Shown: positions 1 to 9,700, counted from the stretch's first letter. The stretch is DNA of 64,000 bases from Candidatus Microgenomates bacterium (GCA_003576945.1 QEVC01000001.1:26129-90128), one strand, 5' to 3'. A program made the numbers and translations. The notes: a model not told the origin generated them from the sequence alone.

Positions 1-189
1 GACTTGGGCATTAAAAAGCTTGGCAATCTGCCAAAAAGGAATCTTTAAGTGAAGACCTGGGCCATAAACTTGTTTGAGGACGCCTCGCCCGCGATCATAA
101 AGACAAGCAACGTGTCCAGGTGGGACGGAAATAAAGAAGCCGCCTACGACCTCATCAGCTAAAAACGACACGACAAGATTGTCAAACAT
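1..189 (-). CDS. Partial CDS (N-terminus only): SPFH/band-7 family protein (HflK/C-like)
   Basis: Reverse translation from the ATG at 187-189 gives MFDNLVVSFLADEVVGGFFISVPPGHVACLYDRGRGVLKQVYGPGLHLKIPFWQ, the typical N-terminal SPFH motif. The ORF runs off the window edge. Confidence 0.5.
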   Translation of the reverse strand, partial: MFDNLVVSFLADEVVGGFFISVPPGHVACLYDRGRGVLKQVYGPGLHLKIPFWQIAKLFNAQV

Positions 190-201
190 AAGCAAATTGT
201 A

Positions 202-1053
202 TCACGACGTATGAGTTTGCGTGCTTGGAGGGGCGGGTTCGGCGGGTGGTGTGGGTAATTGCTCCTCGGGTCTCCCAGACTGCTTTGCGTCTGGAGACAT
301 TTCTCGGGAGCTCTCGCTCTCGAAGTGCAGTGGCTTAGGAGTTAATCTGGTCATTAATTTGTCTCCCCAGTCTTGGGCTAGGCGAAACGAATTGTAAAGC
401 GCGGAGAAGGCGAGTGAGGTGATGACGAAGAGTTTTTTACCTGAAGGGAGGAACATAAAAATAAGATAGCTGCCGACTGGTAAGACTACCTGCATTAAGA
501 TCTTATCTTTGCGTGAAATGGGGAGGGGTGAGCGCATGGCGATTAAAACCTCGACGACAAAAATCATGATGGACTGGACTAAGTTGAGGTAGGCGTTGGT
601 ATGACTAAGGTCATATTTGCCTAAAAACATTAGGTTAACTGTGTCTGGGTGAGGCATAAAGTCGTAGAGAAGGTGAAAGTCCTTACCTTCTAAGCCGGTT
701 GCAAAAATGCGGTAAAGCATGAAAATAATCGCGAGTTGAATCAGGATGTTGGTAGTGGTGGCTAAGACAGTTCGGATATTACTACGCATGACCAACCTAA
801 TCGCCTCTTTTTGCTTGATTGGCTCGTGGGCATATAATTTTTTGGCTTCCTCAATTTTCTCGATAATTTTTTGCTTTTCTTCTTCACTCCGCTCCCCTGC
901 AATAGTTAGGGGGAAGGTAAGGATACGGACAATGATCGAAAAGATGATAACGGCAATACCCATATCAGCTATGTCGGGTGAGATGGCACCAAGAAGCGAG
1001 TAGAGGCCAACAAGAATATTAAAAAAAGGAGTATAGATATATGTTTCGAACAT
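202..1053 (-). CDS. YidC/Oxa1-family membrane protein insertase (paralogue 1, long hydrophilic Pro-rich C-tail)
   Basis: 283 aa and multi-TM. The N-terminus, FNILVGLYSLLG...GIAVIIFSIIVRILTFPLT, matches the YidC core helix-1 pattern and parallels the second YidC at 23281-24018. Confidence 0.55.
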   Translation of the reverse strand: MFETYIYTPFFNILVGLYSLLGAISPDIADMGIAVIIFSIIVRILTFPLTIAGERSEEEKQKIIEKIEEAKKLYAHEPIKQKEAIRLVMRSNIRTVLATTTNILIQLAIIFMLYRIFATGLEGKDFHLLYDFMPHPDTVNLMFLGKYDLSHTNAYLNLVQSIMIFVVEVLIAMRSPLPISRKDKILMQVVLPVGSYLIFMFLPSGKKLFVITSLAFSALYNSFRLAQDWGDKLMTRLTPKPLHFESESSREMSPDAKQSGRPEEQLPTPPAEPAPPSTQTHTS

Positions 1054-1057
1054 TATG

Positions 1058-1094
1058 AGTTAATCCGTAAATCAGTAATCCCGTAAATCCGTGA
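1058..1094. repeat. 8-nt periodic direct repeats (GTTAATCC GTAAATCA GTAATCCC GTAAATCC) in the leader of yidC paralogue 1
   Basis: Seen directly in the sequence. The same motif family occurs at 1711-1748, 19764-19800, 21811-21843, 24026-24058 and 58655-58704. Confidence 0.6.
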
Positions 1095-1106
1095 CCACCA
1101 AAAGAA

Positions 1107-1571
1107 TTATAACTGATTGATGATATTTGTAGTTGATACTTGGGGATTGTGAGTGTGGACTATTTTGAGCGTGCCACCATACTTTTCGACAAGATTAGCT
1201 TTATTGTCTTGATGGGCAGTATGACTACTGACTGCTAAGTGGGTGGGCTTAACTGCGGCGATTAAACTTTCGAAGGCTTGGGGGTTATTGAAGTCTTTAT
1301 CGAGTGCAAGCAGATAATCCGCGTGGAGAGTGAGTGCTTGTAGCCTGACAGGCTGTGGCTGTACTGGTCTCCCCTCGCCTTTGAGGGCGCGGGCGCGCTC
1401 ATCACTCTCGACGCCAACGATGAGGATGTCGCCTACTTTCTTAGCGGCGCGTAAAAAATTGATATGCTCCGAGTGGAGGAGGTCAAAGAAACCAGTCACA
1501 AGAACAATTGTTTTATTGTCCTGATGAAGCTTGTTAGCCAACGTAGAAATGGTGTTAATGTTATAAATCAT
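1107..1571 (-). CDS. Cytidylyltransferase-like nucleotidyltransferase (RfaE domain II / glycerol-3-P cytidylyltransferase-like)
   Basis: 154 aa. VLVTGFFDLLHSEHINFL is an HxGH-type nucleotidyltransferase motif, and a Rossmann-like layout follows. Confidence 0.5.
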   Translation of the reverse strand: MIYNINTISTLANKLHQDNKTIVLVTGFFDLLHSEHINFLRAAKKVGDILIVGVESDERARALKGEGRPVQPQPVRLQALTLHADYLLALDKDFNNPQAFESLIAAVKPTHLAVSSHTAHQDNKANLVEKYGGTLKIVHTHNPQVSTTNIINQL

Positions 1572-2419
1572 ATTTTTATTTTACTTAATACTCTACTACT
1601 CGGGTTGTTGGGATGAAAAAAGGCGGAGTCTTTTGTGATATATTCGCGCGTAATTCTGCCTTTCATATAGAGATATTGCAAGGTATATAGAAGGTTCTCG
1701 AGTAGTTTTTCGTATAGCCGTAAATCCGTATAGCCGTAAATCCGGGTGGATAATTTGGGGATTTGGTAATTTGGTAAATAGGTATTGATCCAAGAATTAG
1801 AAGAAAGGAGCACAGAGTGGGTATTATTGGGATCGTAGAGCGGGACAGCCTGAATTAATTCGTAGGCAGTGTAGAGCGAGCGGAGGTGAGGTGGAAGTGT
1901 GAATGAATCTGGGGTTAGATAGAGGTTGAGACAGAGTTTTCCCATCACATTTTTGGTATTTCGAGAGCGTCGTAGACCAAGTAGCGTAGTGTAGATTGTG
2001 AGGAGGAAGCGTGTGGTCCAGAGTTTTTTTGACTCGGCAATAATCATTAAATCGATGTCATCATGGCCATCGGTATTTTGCATGGCGAGACTACCGGTCA
2101 GATAAATAGCGCGAATTGAACGAATGCGTGTAAGGATGGGGATGAGTGATTTTGTGTAATCAAAGAGAGGCTTGGACAAGCGTGAATATAGTTTGCGTCT
2201 TCTAACAAGCGATGACTTTTGGGGAAGAAAATAATAGTTAGCTTCTTGCGAGATTGACTTGGACTTAATAAGAGAGTTAATTATTTTACCGAGTAATGAT
2301 TTTGAAACCTGATATTTGATTAGACGAGCGTGGAGCTCTGCGAGGGTTAGAGGGTAGTTAAAATAATCACTATAGGTGAGGGTTTTTTTGATTGCGCTTT
2401 TTAGACCCTGATCGACCAT
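1568..2419 (-). CDS. Hypothetical protein with a Pol-beta-like nucleotidyltransferase motif
   Basis: GSLAMQNTDGHDDIDLMII resembles the GS...D.D nucleotidyltransferase signature. The C-terminal region runs through an octamer repeat and may be over-extended. Confidence 0.35.
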   Translation of the reverse strand: MVDQGLKSAIKKTLTYSDYFNYPLTLAELHARLIKYQVSKSLLGKIINSLIKSKSISQEANYYFLPQKSSLVRRRKLYSRLSKPLFDYTKSLIPILTRIRSIRAIYLTGSLAMQNTDGHDDIDLMIIAESKKLWTTRFLLTIYTTLLGLRRSRNTKNVMGKLCLNLYLTPDSFTLPPHLRSLYTAYELIQAVPLYDPNNTHSVLLSSNSWINTYLPNYQIPKLSTRIYGYTDLRLYEKLLENLLYTLQYLYMKGRITREYITKDSAFFHPNNPSSRVLSKIKI

Positions 2420-2431
2420 AGGGTTTTTATT

Positions 2432-3916
2432 CTACCTTGGTTTAGAGGCGTCAGGGAATTTGGCAAGAACCTGGGCAACGCCGGCATCGAGCGTTTTAAT
2501 TACGGCTTCGACAGTGCTGCCATTGTTAATCGTGTTGACGGCATCTTCGTAGTACTTAATAAGCTGGTCGTTGATACCTTCGTCATAAGTACGACTAGTT
2601 AAGTACCAAGAAACATAATTAGGGCCCTGAGAGACGTAGGGACCAGCGAGTGGATCGGTACTCAGAAGACTTGCCATGTTGGTTAAGGGGTATGGCTCGC
2701 CAATAGTGTGAACCTGAGCGGCACCGGCATAGATTTTTTGGAGTGAGCTTTCACTACTTAAGTACTTAATAAACTTCCAGGCCTCTTCGGCATTTTTACT
2801 GCTCTTGGGGACTGCCTCCATCCAGTAGCTCCCCCAGGCAATTTTGGTGGAGGGAAGAGTCGGCGCGGGGGCGACGCCGAACTTTAGGTCAGGGTTAATG
2901 GCTTTAATTTCGGGAATTTGCCAACTAGGCGCGAGAATCATCGCAACTGTACCGGTCGCAAAAGCATAAACAGAGTTGGGCTGGCTACTGTCCCAAGATT
3001 TGTCTTGCGTACTAAAGATGGTAAAGAAGGTAATGGCGTCTTGAACTGCAGAACTACTGGGCTTGCTGGGGTCACCCGAGTTTTGGAGGACAAGGAGGCC
3101 AAGGATATCGGACCAATGCTCGACATTGTTGGTGGTACCCATCGCCGCACCGGCTCGCTCGATGATTTTGGTTTCGGCGTTTATTTTGGTGAGGTCAAAA
3201 GCAAGTTTGCGGAAACTGTTCCAATCAGAGGGTGGAGTGGCTCCGGCTTCTTTTAACATGTCTTCGTTGTAGAGGAGAGCTAAGCCATCAATGCCGATTG
3301 GAAGAGCATAGGTTTTGCCGACACTGGTTGCGTTCTTTTTGACGATTGGATAGTAAGCATCAAGAGCGCTCACTGGGACTATAGATTCTGGAGCAGGAGT
3401 TAGAGAATTTTTAAACATGGGGAGCCATGTATTGTGGATGCGGGCGATGTCAGGGGCAGTACCTCCAGTAATGGCAGACTGGAGCCTACTGCGGTAGTTC
3501 TTGGGACTCTGCATGGAATATTCGATCTTTACATTAGGATTTTGTGATTCGTAGTCGGCGATCACCGCTTGCATCACTGAGCTTGGTTCCCAGAGCCCCC
3601 AGTAGGTGAGGGCAATGTTTTCGACTTTTTTAGTGAGGCGTGGGATGACGGTAAGTGCGACCACGACTAATACGATAATGACACCTAGCCCTATTAATAG
3701 CGGGATGAGGTTGCGGAAAGGAGAGGGTGAAACATACTGGTCGACAGGAGGAGTGGTGGGAGCGGGGGAAACGGAGGGTGGATCAGCAGGAGCGGGCTCA
3801 GGTTCAGGAGCCTGGTAAACTGGAATTTCTGCTGGCTGGGGGGTGTTGACCACCGGTTTATTTGGATCTACGGGAGTTGCGTCGTAGGTTTTGGTGGGAT
3901 CAGGAAATTTTGACAT
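2432..3916 (-). CDS. Extracellular solute-binding protein (ABC transporter, family 1) with an N-terminal Pro-rich region and a TM anchor
   Basis: 494 aa with a single TM, then LTYWGLWEPSSVMQAVIADYESQNPNVKIEY...TAPDIARIHNTWLPMF, typical of sugar-type SBPs. No cognate permease or ATPase lies adjacent. Confidence 0.6.
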   Translation of the reverse strand: MSKFPDPTKTYDATPVDPNKPVVNTPQPAEIPVYQAPEPEPAPADPPSVSPAPTTPPVDQYVSPSPFRNLIPLLIGLGVIIVLVVVALTVIPRLTKKVENIALTYWGLWEPSSVMQAVIADYESQNPNVKIEYSMQSPKNYRSRLQSAITGGTAPDIARIHNTWLPMFKNSLTPAPESIVPVSALDAYYPIVKKNATSVGKTYALPIGIDGLALLYNEDMLKEAGATPPSDWNSFRKLAFDLTKINAETKIIERAGAAMGTTNNVEHWSDILGLLVLQNSGDPSKPSSSAVQDAITFFTIFSTQDKSWDSSQPNSVYAFATGTVAMILAPSWQIPEIKAINPDLKFGVAPAPTLPSTKIAWGSYWMEAVPKSSKNAEEAWKFIKYLSSESSLQKIYAGAAQVHTIGEPYPLTNMASLLSTDPLAGPYVSQGPNYVSWYLTSRTYDEGINDQLIKYYEDAVNTINNGSTVEAVIKTLDAGVAQVLAKFPDASKPR

Positions 3917-3941
3917 AACTATATTATGATAGCAGAGAGCG

Positions 3942-5696
3942 ATGAAAAAAGTGCAGCAAAAGAATGCTATCTCAAGAGTGATTTTTTACTATTTGTTGGG
4001 GGTTGTGACGGGACTGCTAGGAATTGTTTCGATAATGCGACTGGTTTGGCATAGCAAATTTTACCCCAATGTGATTGTTGCGAATGTAAATGTAGGAGGC
4101 CTACACAGGACTGAGGCAAAGAACTTAATTGAACAAGAAATTGAAAAAACCAAAATCCCTCTTACCTACAACGGCTATAGCTGGAGTTTGCCAGCGAGCG
4201 CGCTTCCTTTAAATATTGAGGAAACCCTAAACCAGGCCTACAGAGTCGGGCGTAGGCTAGATTTGAGAGATTACGGTTTGATTTTTATCGCACAAAAACA
4301 AACTTTTCCTTTGGTAATGGGTGAAGGAGAGACAGAGTCATACTCGAAAATATATGAAGAAATAGCACAAGTCGTTGAGATCTCAGTGGTTTCGGCTGAG
4401 CTTGTTTTAAATAAAGGAAAAATTGTGCTAAATAATGGGAGCGATGGACTCATAATTGACGCTGCAAAATTACAACAAGAATTGGAAGCGAGAATTGTAG
4501 ATCTAAATCAAAATGAAGTGGTTGTTCCAACTAAAATGGTGTCGGCTCAACTAAGAGAGGAAGAGCGATTAGAGATTATTGAAATTGCAGCGAAGTTGAT
4601 CCCTAAATCACTAACTCTCACACTGGATGATGAGCGGGTTAAACTAACTGGCGAGGAACTAGTTGCCCTATTAAGTACGACTCCTGGTGATACAGCAACT
4701 GACCGAGAGAGACTTTTAGAATATATTGAGGGGGTTGCAGAGAGTCTAAATCGAGAAGCAACTGATGCAAAGTTTGGGTACCAGGAAGGGAGAGTAACTG
4801 AGTTTGCTCCAAGCAAGGATGGAATAAAAATAAGTGTCGAAGCCACAAGTAACGAATTTCAAGAAGGAATGAAGCAATTAATAGAGGGTGAAGAGCAAAA
4901 TATTAATATAGAGATTCAGGCTGAGCGAACATCGCCACAAGTGACGATGGATAAAATAAATGAACTAGGGATCAAAGAGAGAATCGGCCGGGGTGAATCA
5001 TACTATGCACATTCGATACCAAACCGGGTATACAATGTCGGACTGGCTGCAGAGCGGATCAATACGGCGCTGGTCCCCCCGGGTGAAGAAGTGAGTTTTA
5101 ATAAACTGGTGGGTGAAGTCTCGGCTGCCACAGGATACCGGAGTGCTTACATAATCTCCCAAGGACGGACAGTGCTCGGGGATGGTGGAGGCTTATGCCA
5201 AGTATCGACTACTCTATTTAGAGCGGCGATGAATGCGGGACTACCAATACTGGAGCGATGGGGTCACTCATACAGAGTGTCGTATTATGAACAAAATAGT
5301 AAACCTGGGATAGATGCTACAGTGATCGCCCCATCTAAAGACTTTAGATTTAAAAATGACACACCAGGACACATATTAATTCAGACTATTAATGACCCCA
5401 AGGAACTACATTTGATAATCGAGATTTATGGGACGAGTGATGGGAGAGTCGCGACAGTGACAGAGCCAAAAGTCTGGGGCATCACTCCCCCACTGCCAAC
5501 TATTTATCAAGATGACCCATCGCTGCCTACTGGCACGATGAAGCAGGTGGACTGGGCGACGGGAGGAGCGAGAACGAGTTTTGAGTATAAGGTAATGAGG
5601 AATGGGGAGACCCTGCAAGATCAGACATTCTCGACAGTTTATCGACCATGGGCAGCGGTGTTTTTGCGTGGAACAGGATCTACCCCAACTCTTTGA
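3942..5696 (+). CDS. VanW-family protein (N-terminal TM plus peptidoglycan-binding-like region)
   Basis: The C-terminal VanW core is present: GYRSAYIISQGRTVLGDGGGLCQVSTTLFRAAMNAGLPILERWGHSY. Confidence 0.7.
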   Translation: MKKVQQKNAISRVIFYYLLGVVTGLLGIVSIMRLVWHSKFYPNVIVANVNVGGLHRTEAKNLIEQEIEKTKIPLTYNGYSWSLPASALPLNIEETLNQAYRVGRRLDLRDYGLIFIAQKQTFPLVMGEGETESYSKIYEEIAQVVEISVVSAELVLNKGKIVLNNGSDGLIIDAAKLQQELEARIVDLNQNEVVVPTKMVSAQLREEERLEIIEIAAKLIPKSLTLTLDDERVKLTGEELVALLSTTPGDTATDRERLLEYIEGVAESLNREATDAKFGYQEGRVTEFAPSKDGIKISVEATSNEFQEGMKQLIEGEEQNINIEIQAERTSPQVTMDKINELGIKERIGRGESYYAHSIPNRVYNVGLAAERINTALVPPGEEVSFNKLVGEVSAATGYRSAYIISQGRTVLGDGGGLCQVSTTLFRAAMNAGLPILERWGHSYRVSYYEQNSKPGIDATVIAPSKDFRFKNDTPGHILIQTINDPKELHLIIEIYGTSDGRVATVTEPKVWGITPPLPTIYQDDPSLPTGTMKQVDWATGGARTSFEYKVMRNGETLQDQTFSTVYRPWAAVFLRGTGSTPTL

Positions 5697-5739
5697 GCTT
5701 CGGACGGATAGGTAAGTAGTCTGGTAAAATATAGCTCAT

Positions 5740-8028
5740 ATGGCAATGGCTAAAAACTTTGACCACAAGAGTGTTGAATCTAGTGTGTATGCACAATGGG
5801 AAAAGTGGGGTGCTTTTGAACCTAACAAGGAAGCGAAGGGCAAGCCCTTTACGATCGTGCTCCCTCCCCCAAACGCGTCAGGAAAAATGCACATGGGAAA
5901 TGTGCTGATGATCGCGATTGAAGATCTGATGATCCGCTATCACAGAATGAAGGGAGATCCAACGCTTTGGATACCTGGAACAGATCATGCAGGATTTGAA
6001 ACTCAAATTACCTACGAACGAGAGCTCAAAAAACAAGGAAAGTCTCGCTTTGACTTTGATCGACAAACCCTATACCAGAATATTTGGGAGTTTGTACAGA
6101 ATAATAAAAACCAAATTGAGGGTCAGATCAAGCAAATGGGGGCGAGCGTGGATTGGAATAGGTATACTTTTACGCTTGATCCACACGTGATTGAAACGGT
6201 TTATACAACATTTGCCAAGATGCACTCGGAGGGGTTGGTTTACCGGGATAATTACATGGTGAACTACTGCCCCAAGTGTGGTACTACCTTTGCAGACTTA
6301 GAAATAATACACGAAGAGAGGGTTGGCAAGCTTTACTACGTCAAGTATTTAATCCAAGGTGAAAGTGATAAATACATCACAGTCGCCACAACAAGACCCG
6401 AGACAATTATGCTCGATACGCATATCGCAGTTAACCCGAAGGACAAGAAGAGGGCGAGCTACATTGGGACAAAAGTGATTAACCCGCTAACAGGCAAAGT
6501 GATGGAAATAATTGGAGATGAATTTGTAGATCCTAAGTTTGGAACTGGTTTTGTTAAACTAACGCCGGCACATGATAAGAATGACTATGAGGTGGGTAAA
6601 AAGCATGGACTCCCCTTCATTGTGGGGATTGGGATGGATGGAAGGATGACTCAAGCTGCGGGCCGCTGGGCGGGAAAGACGGTGTTTACGGCAAGAGACG
6701 ATGTGATTGGAGAACTAAAAGAGATGGGGGTAATTGAGAAGGTGGATGAGAAATATAACCAGAGCGTTTCGGTGTGTTACAAGGGCGGACATGAAATCGA
6801 GCCAATGGTACTCCCCAACTGGTTTGTAAAAGTTGAATCACTCAAGAAACCGGCGCTTGCGGCGGTGACTAGTGGAGCAGTAAAGATCTATCCTAAGTGG
6901 AGAGAGATCACATATACCAAGTGGATGGAAGAAATGCACGACTGGCCAATTAGCAGGCAAGTGGTGTGGGGGATCAGAATACCGGTGTGGTACATGGTCA
7001 GACAACCAGAAAACTCGGAGAGTCAGAATGTCGGAGTGTCAGAAAATCAGAAGATACAAATAACATTTTTGAATAAAGAAAAAAAGGTAGTAAGCGGGAC
7101 GGTGGGCGAGTTGCTTAAGTCGTATACATTTGAGGATATTAGGGATGGGCTGCAAACTCTGATTGCTCCAGCCGGATGTGAAGCAGTAGTAAGTGCAGAG
7201 TCTCCGGGGGAAGGGTACCTACAGGAAACCGATACGTTTGATACCTGGTTCTCCTCGGGCCATTGGCCGCTAGTCACTTTGAAATATCCTGATAGCGATG
7301 ACTTTGCTAAGTTTTATCCGACATCGGTCTTGGAAACTGGGTGGGAAATTATCCGTTTCTGGGTATCGCGCATGATTATGTTTGGGATCTACCTCACGGG
7401 CAAGCCACCCTTTGAGTATGTCTACCTCCATGGACTAGTCCGAGCACTCGACGGGCGGAAAATGAGCAAAAGCTTAGGCAACGTAATTAACCCAGATGAG
7501 TATATGGATCAATATGGGGTGGATGCCTTGCGGATGGGGCTGATCTCAGGAACAGCTAACGGAAAAGATTTTGCGTTTCCAAAAGATAAGATCGTCAGCT
7601 ACCGTAACTTTGCAAACAAATTGTGGAATATGACTCGTTTTTATCACATGATGGTGGAAAAGGAAGAAGTAAAAGTCGAGTGGTATAAACCTGGAATGGA
7701 CGACTTATCAGAGCTAGATTTAGATTTCATCAACAAGTTGAATACAACCATCAAAAAAACCGATGAACTACTCGCAAAATTCCGTTTTGCTGAGGCAGCA
7801 GAGACGATATATCACTTCATGTGGGACGAGGTGGCCGCTGTATACATAGAACAAATCAAAGATCGAGATAACAAAAAAACATCCCTATCCGTATTAAGAC
7901 ACCTACTAATGCAAGGAGTGAAATTACTTCACCCATTCATGCCGTTTGTGACCGAGGCGATCTGGAGTGAGTTTCCTGAGAGGACAGAAGAACAGTTAAT
8001 TAACGCGAGCTGGCCGGAAATTAAATAA
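5740..8028 (+). CDS. valS: Valyl-tRNA synthetase (class I aaRS, compact form)
   Basis: HIGH-type motif PPPNASGKMHMGN, editing-domain TTRPETIM, and KMSKS motif GRKMSKSLGNVINPDE followed by GVDALRMGL. The protein is 762 aa and lacks the long C-terminal coiled coil. Confidence 0.6.
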   Translation: MAMAKNFDHKSVESSVYAQWEKWGAFEPNKEAKGKPFTIVLPPPNASGKMHMGNVLMIAIEDLMIRYHRMKGDPTLWIPGTDHAGFETQITYERELKKQGKSRFDFDRQTLYQNIWEFVQNNKNQIEGQIKQMGASVDWNRYTFTLDPHVIETVYTTFAKMHSEGLVYRDNYMVNYCPKCGTTFADLEIIHEERVGKLYYVKYLIQGESDKYITVATTRPETIMLDTHIAVNPKDKKRASYIGTKVINPLTGKVMEIIGDEFVDPKFGTGFVKLTPAHDKNDYEVGKKHGLPFIVGIGMDGRMTQAAGRWAGKTVFTARDDVIGELKEMGVIEKVDEKYNQSVSVCYKGGHEIEPMVLPNWFVKVESLKKPALAAVTSGAVKIYPKWREITYTKWMEEMHDWPISRQVVWGIRIPVWYMVRQPENSESQNVGVSENQKIQITFLNKEKKVVSGTVGELLKSYTFEDIRDGLQTLIAPAGCEAVVSAESPGEGYLQETDTFDTWFSSGHWPLVTLKYPDSDDFAKFYPTSVLETGWEIIRFWVSRMIMFGIYLTGKPPFEYVYLHGLVRALDGRKMSKSLGNVINPDEYMDQYGVDALRMGLISGTANGKDFAFPKDKIVSYRNFANKLWNMTRFYHMMVEKEEVKVEWYKPGMDDLSELDLDFINKLNTTIKKTDELLAKFRFAEAAETIYHFMWDEVAAVYIEQIKDRDNKKTSLSVLRHLLMQGVKLLHPFMPFVTEAIWSEFPERTEEQLINASWPEIK

Positions 8029-8539
8029 GTTTATAAATTTCAGGGAATAAGTTTTTCGAGACGTGGTGCAAGGCGGCGCCAAATGTTTTCGGGTTGGATT
8101 TGAGAGTTTGCTTGATTTCGTCTACCGAAAACCATTTAAATTCGACTGATTCGTGGTTGAGGATCGGAGAGTCGTCGGTATAGATTTCATAAACAACAAA
8201 GAAATGGTTTTCTTTTCGACCGATGACCTCGCGATTGTAAATGGTAGTTCCGATGAGTTTGTAATCTATTGGAGTGAGGCCACACTCTTCCTGACACTCG
8301 CGGATTAAGGCTTCCTCATCTGTTTCACCAGAGCTAACATGACCACCAACAGGAGAAACAAACTGGCCCGCGTCTTGTTTACTGCTGGATTGGCGGACAA
8401 AACAAAATTCTCCCCGACTATTAATGAGCTCGGCGATCACGGTTTTGTGAAGGAGGCCATCACGGTGAGCGGCAGATTTTGAGAGCGTGCGGATAGTATT
8501 GCCTCGCTCATCTATCACATCAACTTGTTCTTCGATCAT
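8021..8539 (-). CDS. NUDIX hydrolase
   Basis: Nudix box GGHVSSGETDEEALIRECQEECGL. Its 3' end overlaps the valS 3' end convergently. Confidence 0.7.
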   Translation of the reverse strand: MIEEQVDVIDERGNTIRTLSKSAAHRDGLLHKTVIAELINSRGEFCFVRQSSSKQDAGQFVSPVGGHVSSGETDEEALIRECQEECGLTPIDYKLIGTTIYNREVIGRKENHFFVVYEIYTDDSPILNHESVEFKWFSVDEIKQTLKSNPKTFGAALHHVSKNLFPEIYKLI

Positions 8540-8543
8540 AGGT

Positions 8544-9572
8544 TTATCTTACTTTGGCGAGACGATAATATGTAGCGCGACCTGATCCGAGGCGGCGTAA
8601 AATTTGATATTTTACAAGGCGCGACAGCCGCGACTGCGCGGTGCGAAGCGGAACTGAGAGAATATCGCTCACGTCACTACTAGTCACTTTACCAAGTGTC
8701 AAAACAAAATCGATAATTTTGAGATCAGAAGTATCTAGCTTACGATCACGGAGAGAGCCAGTGCCAGCGAGGAGTAAGTTTACTGATTCTTGAAGCTCTA
8801 GTGTTTCGACCCAAAAACCTTGGATAAAGTAGGTAAGCCAAGAGGTTAAGTCGCCCCTACCCTCTTTTAGTGCTTGGTAATAGACGGATCGATTGAGGTT
8901 GTAGTACTCCTCCAGTACTAAGCCCCGACGGAAATCCCACCCGGACTGGTATAGGGATAGTAGGGTTAGGAGGCGACCAACGCGGCCATTGCCATCAGGA
9001 AAAGGGTGAATAGACTCAAACTGGAAGTGTAAAATACCAGCACGGATAACAGGATGAACATTGCTGGCAGAATTGTGCCAAGAAAACAAATTTTTAATAA
9101 GAGTTGGCACCTGAGTTGCAGAGGGAGGAGTATAAACTATTTCATCTGGTCTGCCGGGACGAGTGTTGACTATGTAGACGGGACCCTTACGAAGTACACC
9201 AGTTTTTGCCGAGGGCAATAACCCCTGCATGGTATGACGATGGAGTGAAAGGAGATGTGACAAAGTTATACTAGGCTTGGTAGCGAACTGGTTAACTGTT
9301 TCGAGCGCTTTGAGATAGTTTTCGACTTCGAGTCGATCTTGATTTGGTACTAATAATGGCTGCTTGGCGGCGACTTTTTCAACATCATCTTCGGACAGTG
9401 TGTTGCCTTCAATACTAGTACTACTGTGCGTCATTTTGATAATTGCCCGACGACGCAACATGGTCTCTCGCACGGGGAGAAGCTTGGCATGCGCGATTTT
9501 AGCGTGAATTTCGGCGATATCTGATAGCCAGGCTAACATCTGGTCTGTAATCTGGTATTTTGGATCAAACAT
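8544..9572 (-). CDS. Fic-family protein (AMPylator-type) with a C-terminal winged-helix domain
   Basis: Canonical Fic motif HPFPDGNGRVGRLL. Confidence 0.8.
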   Translation of the reverse strand: MFDPKYQITDQMLAWLSDIAEIHAKIAHAKLLPVRETMLRRRAIIKMTHSSTSIEGNTLSEDDVEKVAAKQPLLVPNQDRLEVENYLKALETVNQFATKPSITLSHLLSLHRHTMQGLLPSAKTGVLRKGPVYIVNTRPGRPDEIVYTPPSATQVPTLIKNLFSWHNSASNVHPVIRAGILHFQFESIHPFPDGNGRVGRLLTLLSLYQSGWDFRRGLVLEEYYNLNRSVYYQALKEGRGDLTSWLTYFIQGFWVETLELQESVNLLLAGTGSLRDRKLDTSDLKIIDFVLTLGKVTSSDVSDILSVPLRTAQSRLSRLVKYQILRRLGSGRATYYRLAKVR

Positions 9573-9658
9573 GAGTTGATTATACCATAATCGCGCAATT
9601 ATCGCGCAACTGACTTGGACTCATGGGTGCCTACAGGACCAGGTCCTGAAGATTTCAC

Positions 9659-9690
9659 TTGACAATTCTCTCTCTCTCTCTCTGTAAAAT
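9659..9690 (+). promoter_or_regulatory. Putative promoter with a (CT)8 dinucleotide tract inside the -35/-10 spacer
   Basis: TTGACA at 9659-9664, (CT)8 at 9668-9683, TAAAAT at 9685-9690. The spacer is 20 nt. Confidence 0.4.
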
Positions 9691-9700
9691 ATGTTATAGG

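Noticed and set aside
746-1003. Many short antisense ORFs inside long genes (for example 746-1003, 2918-3256, 17443-17694, 33441-33680, 46607-46831)
   Set aside because: They are embedded in well-supported genes on the opposite strand with no independent signals. They are treated as frame artefacts.
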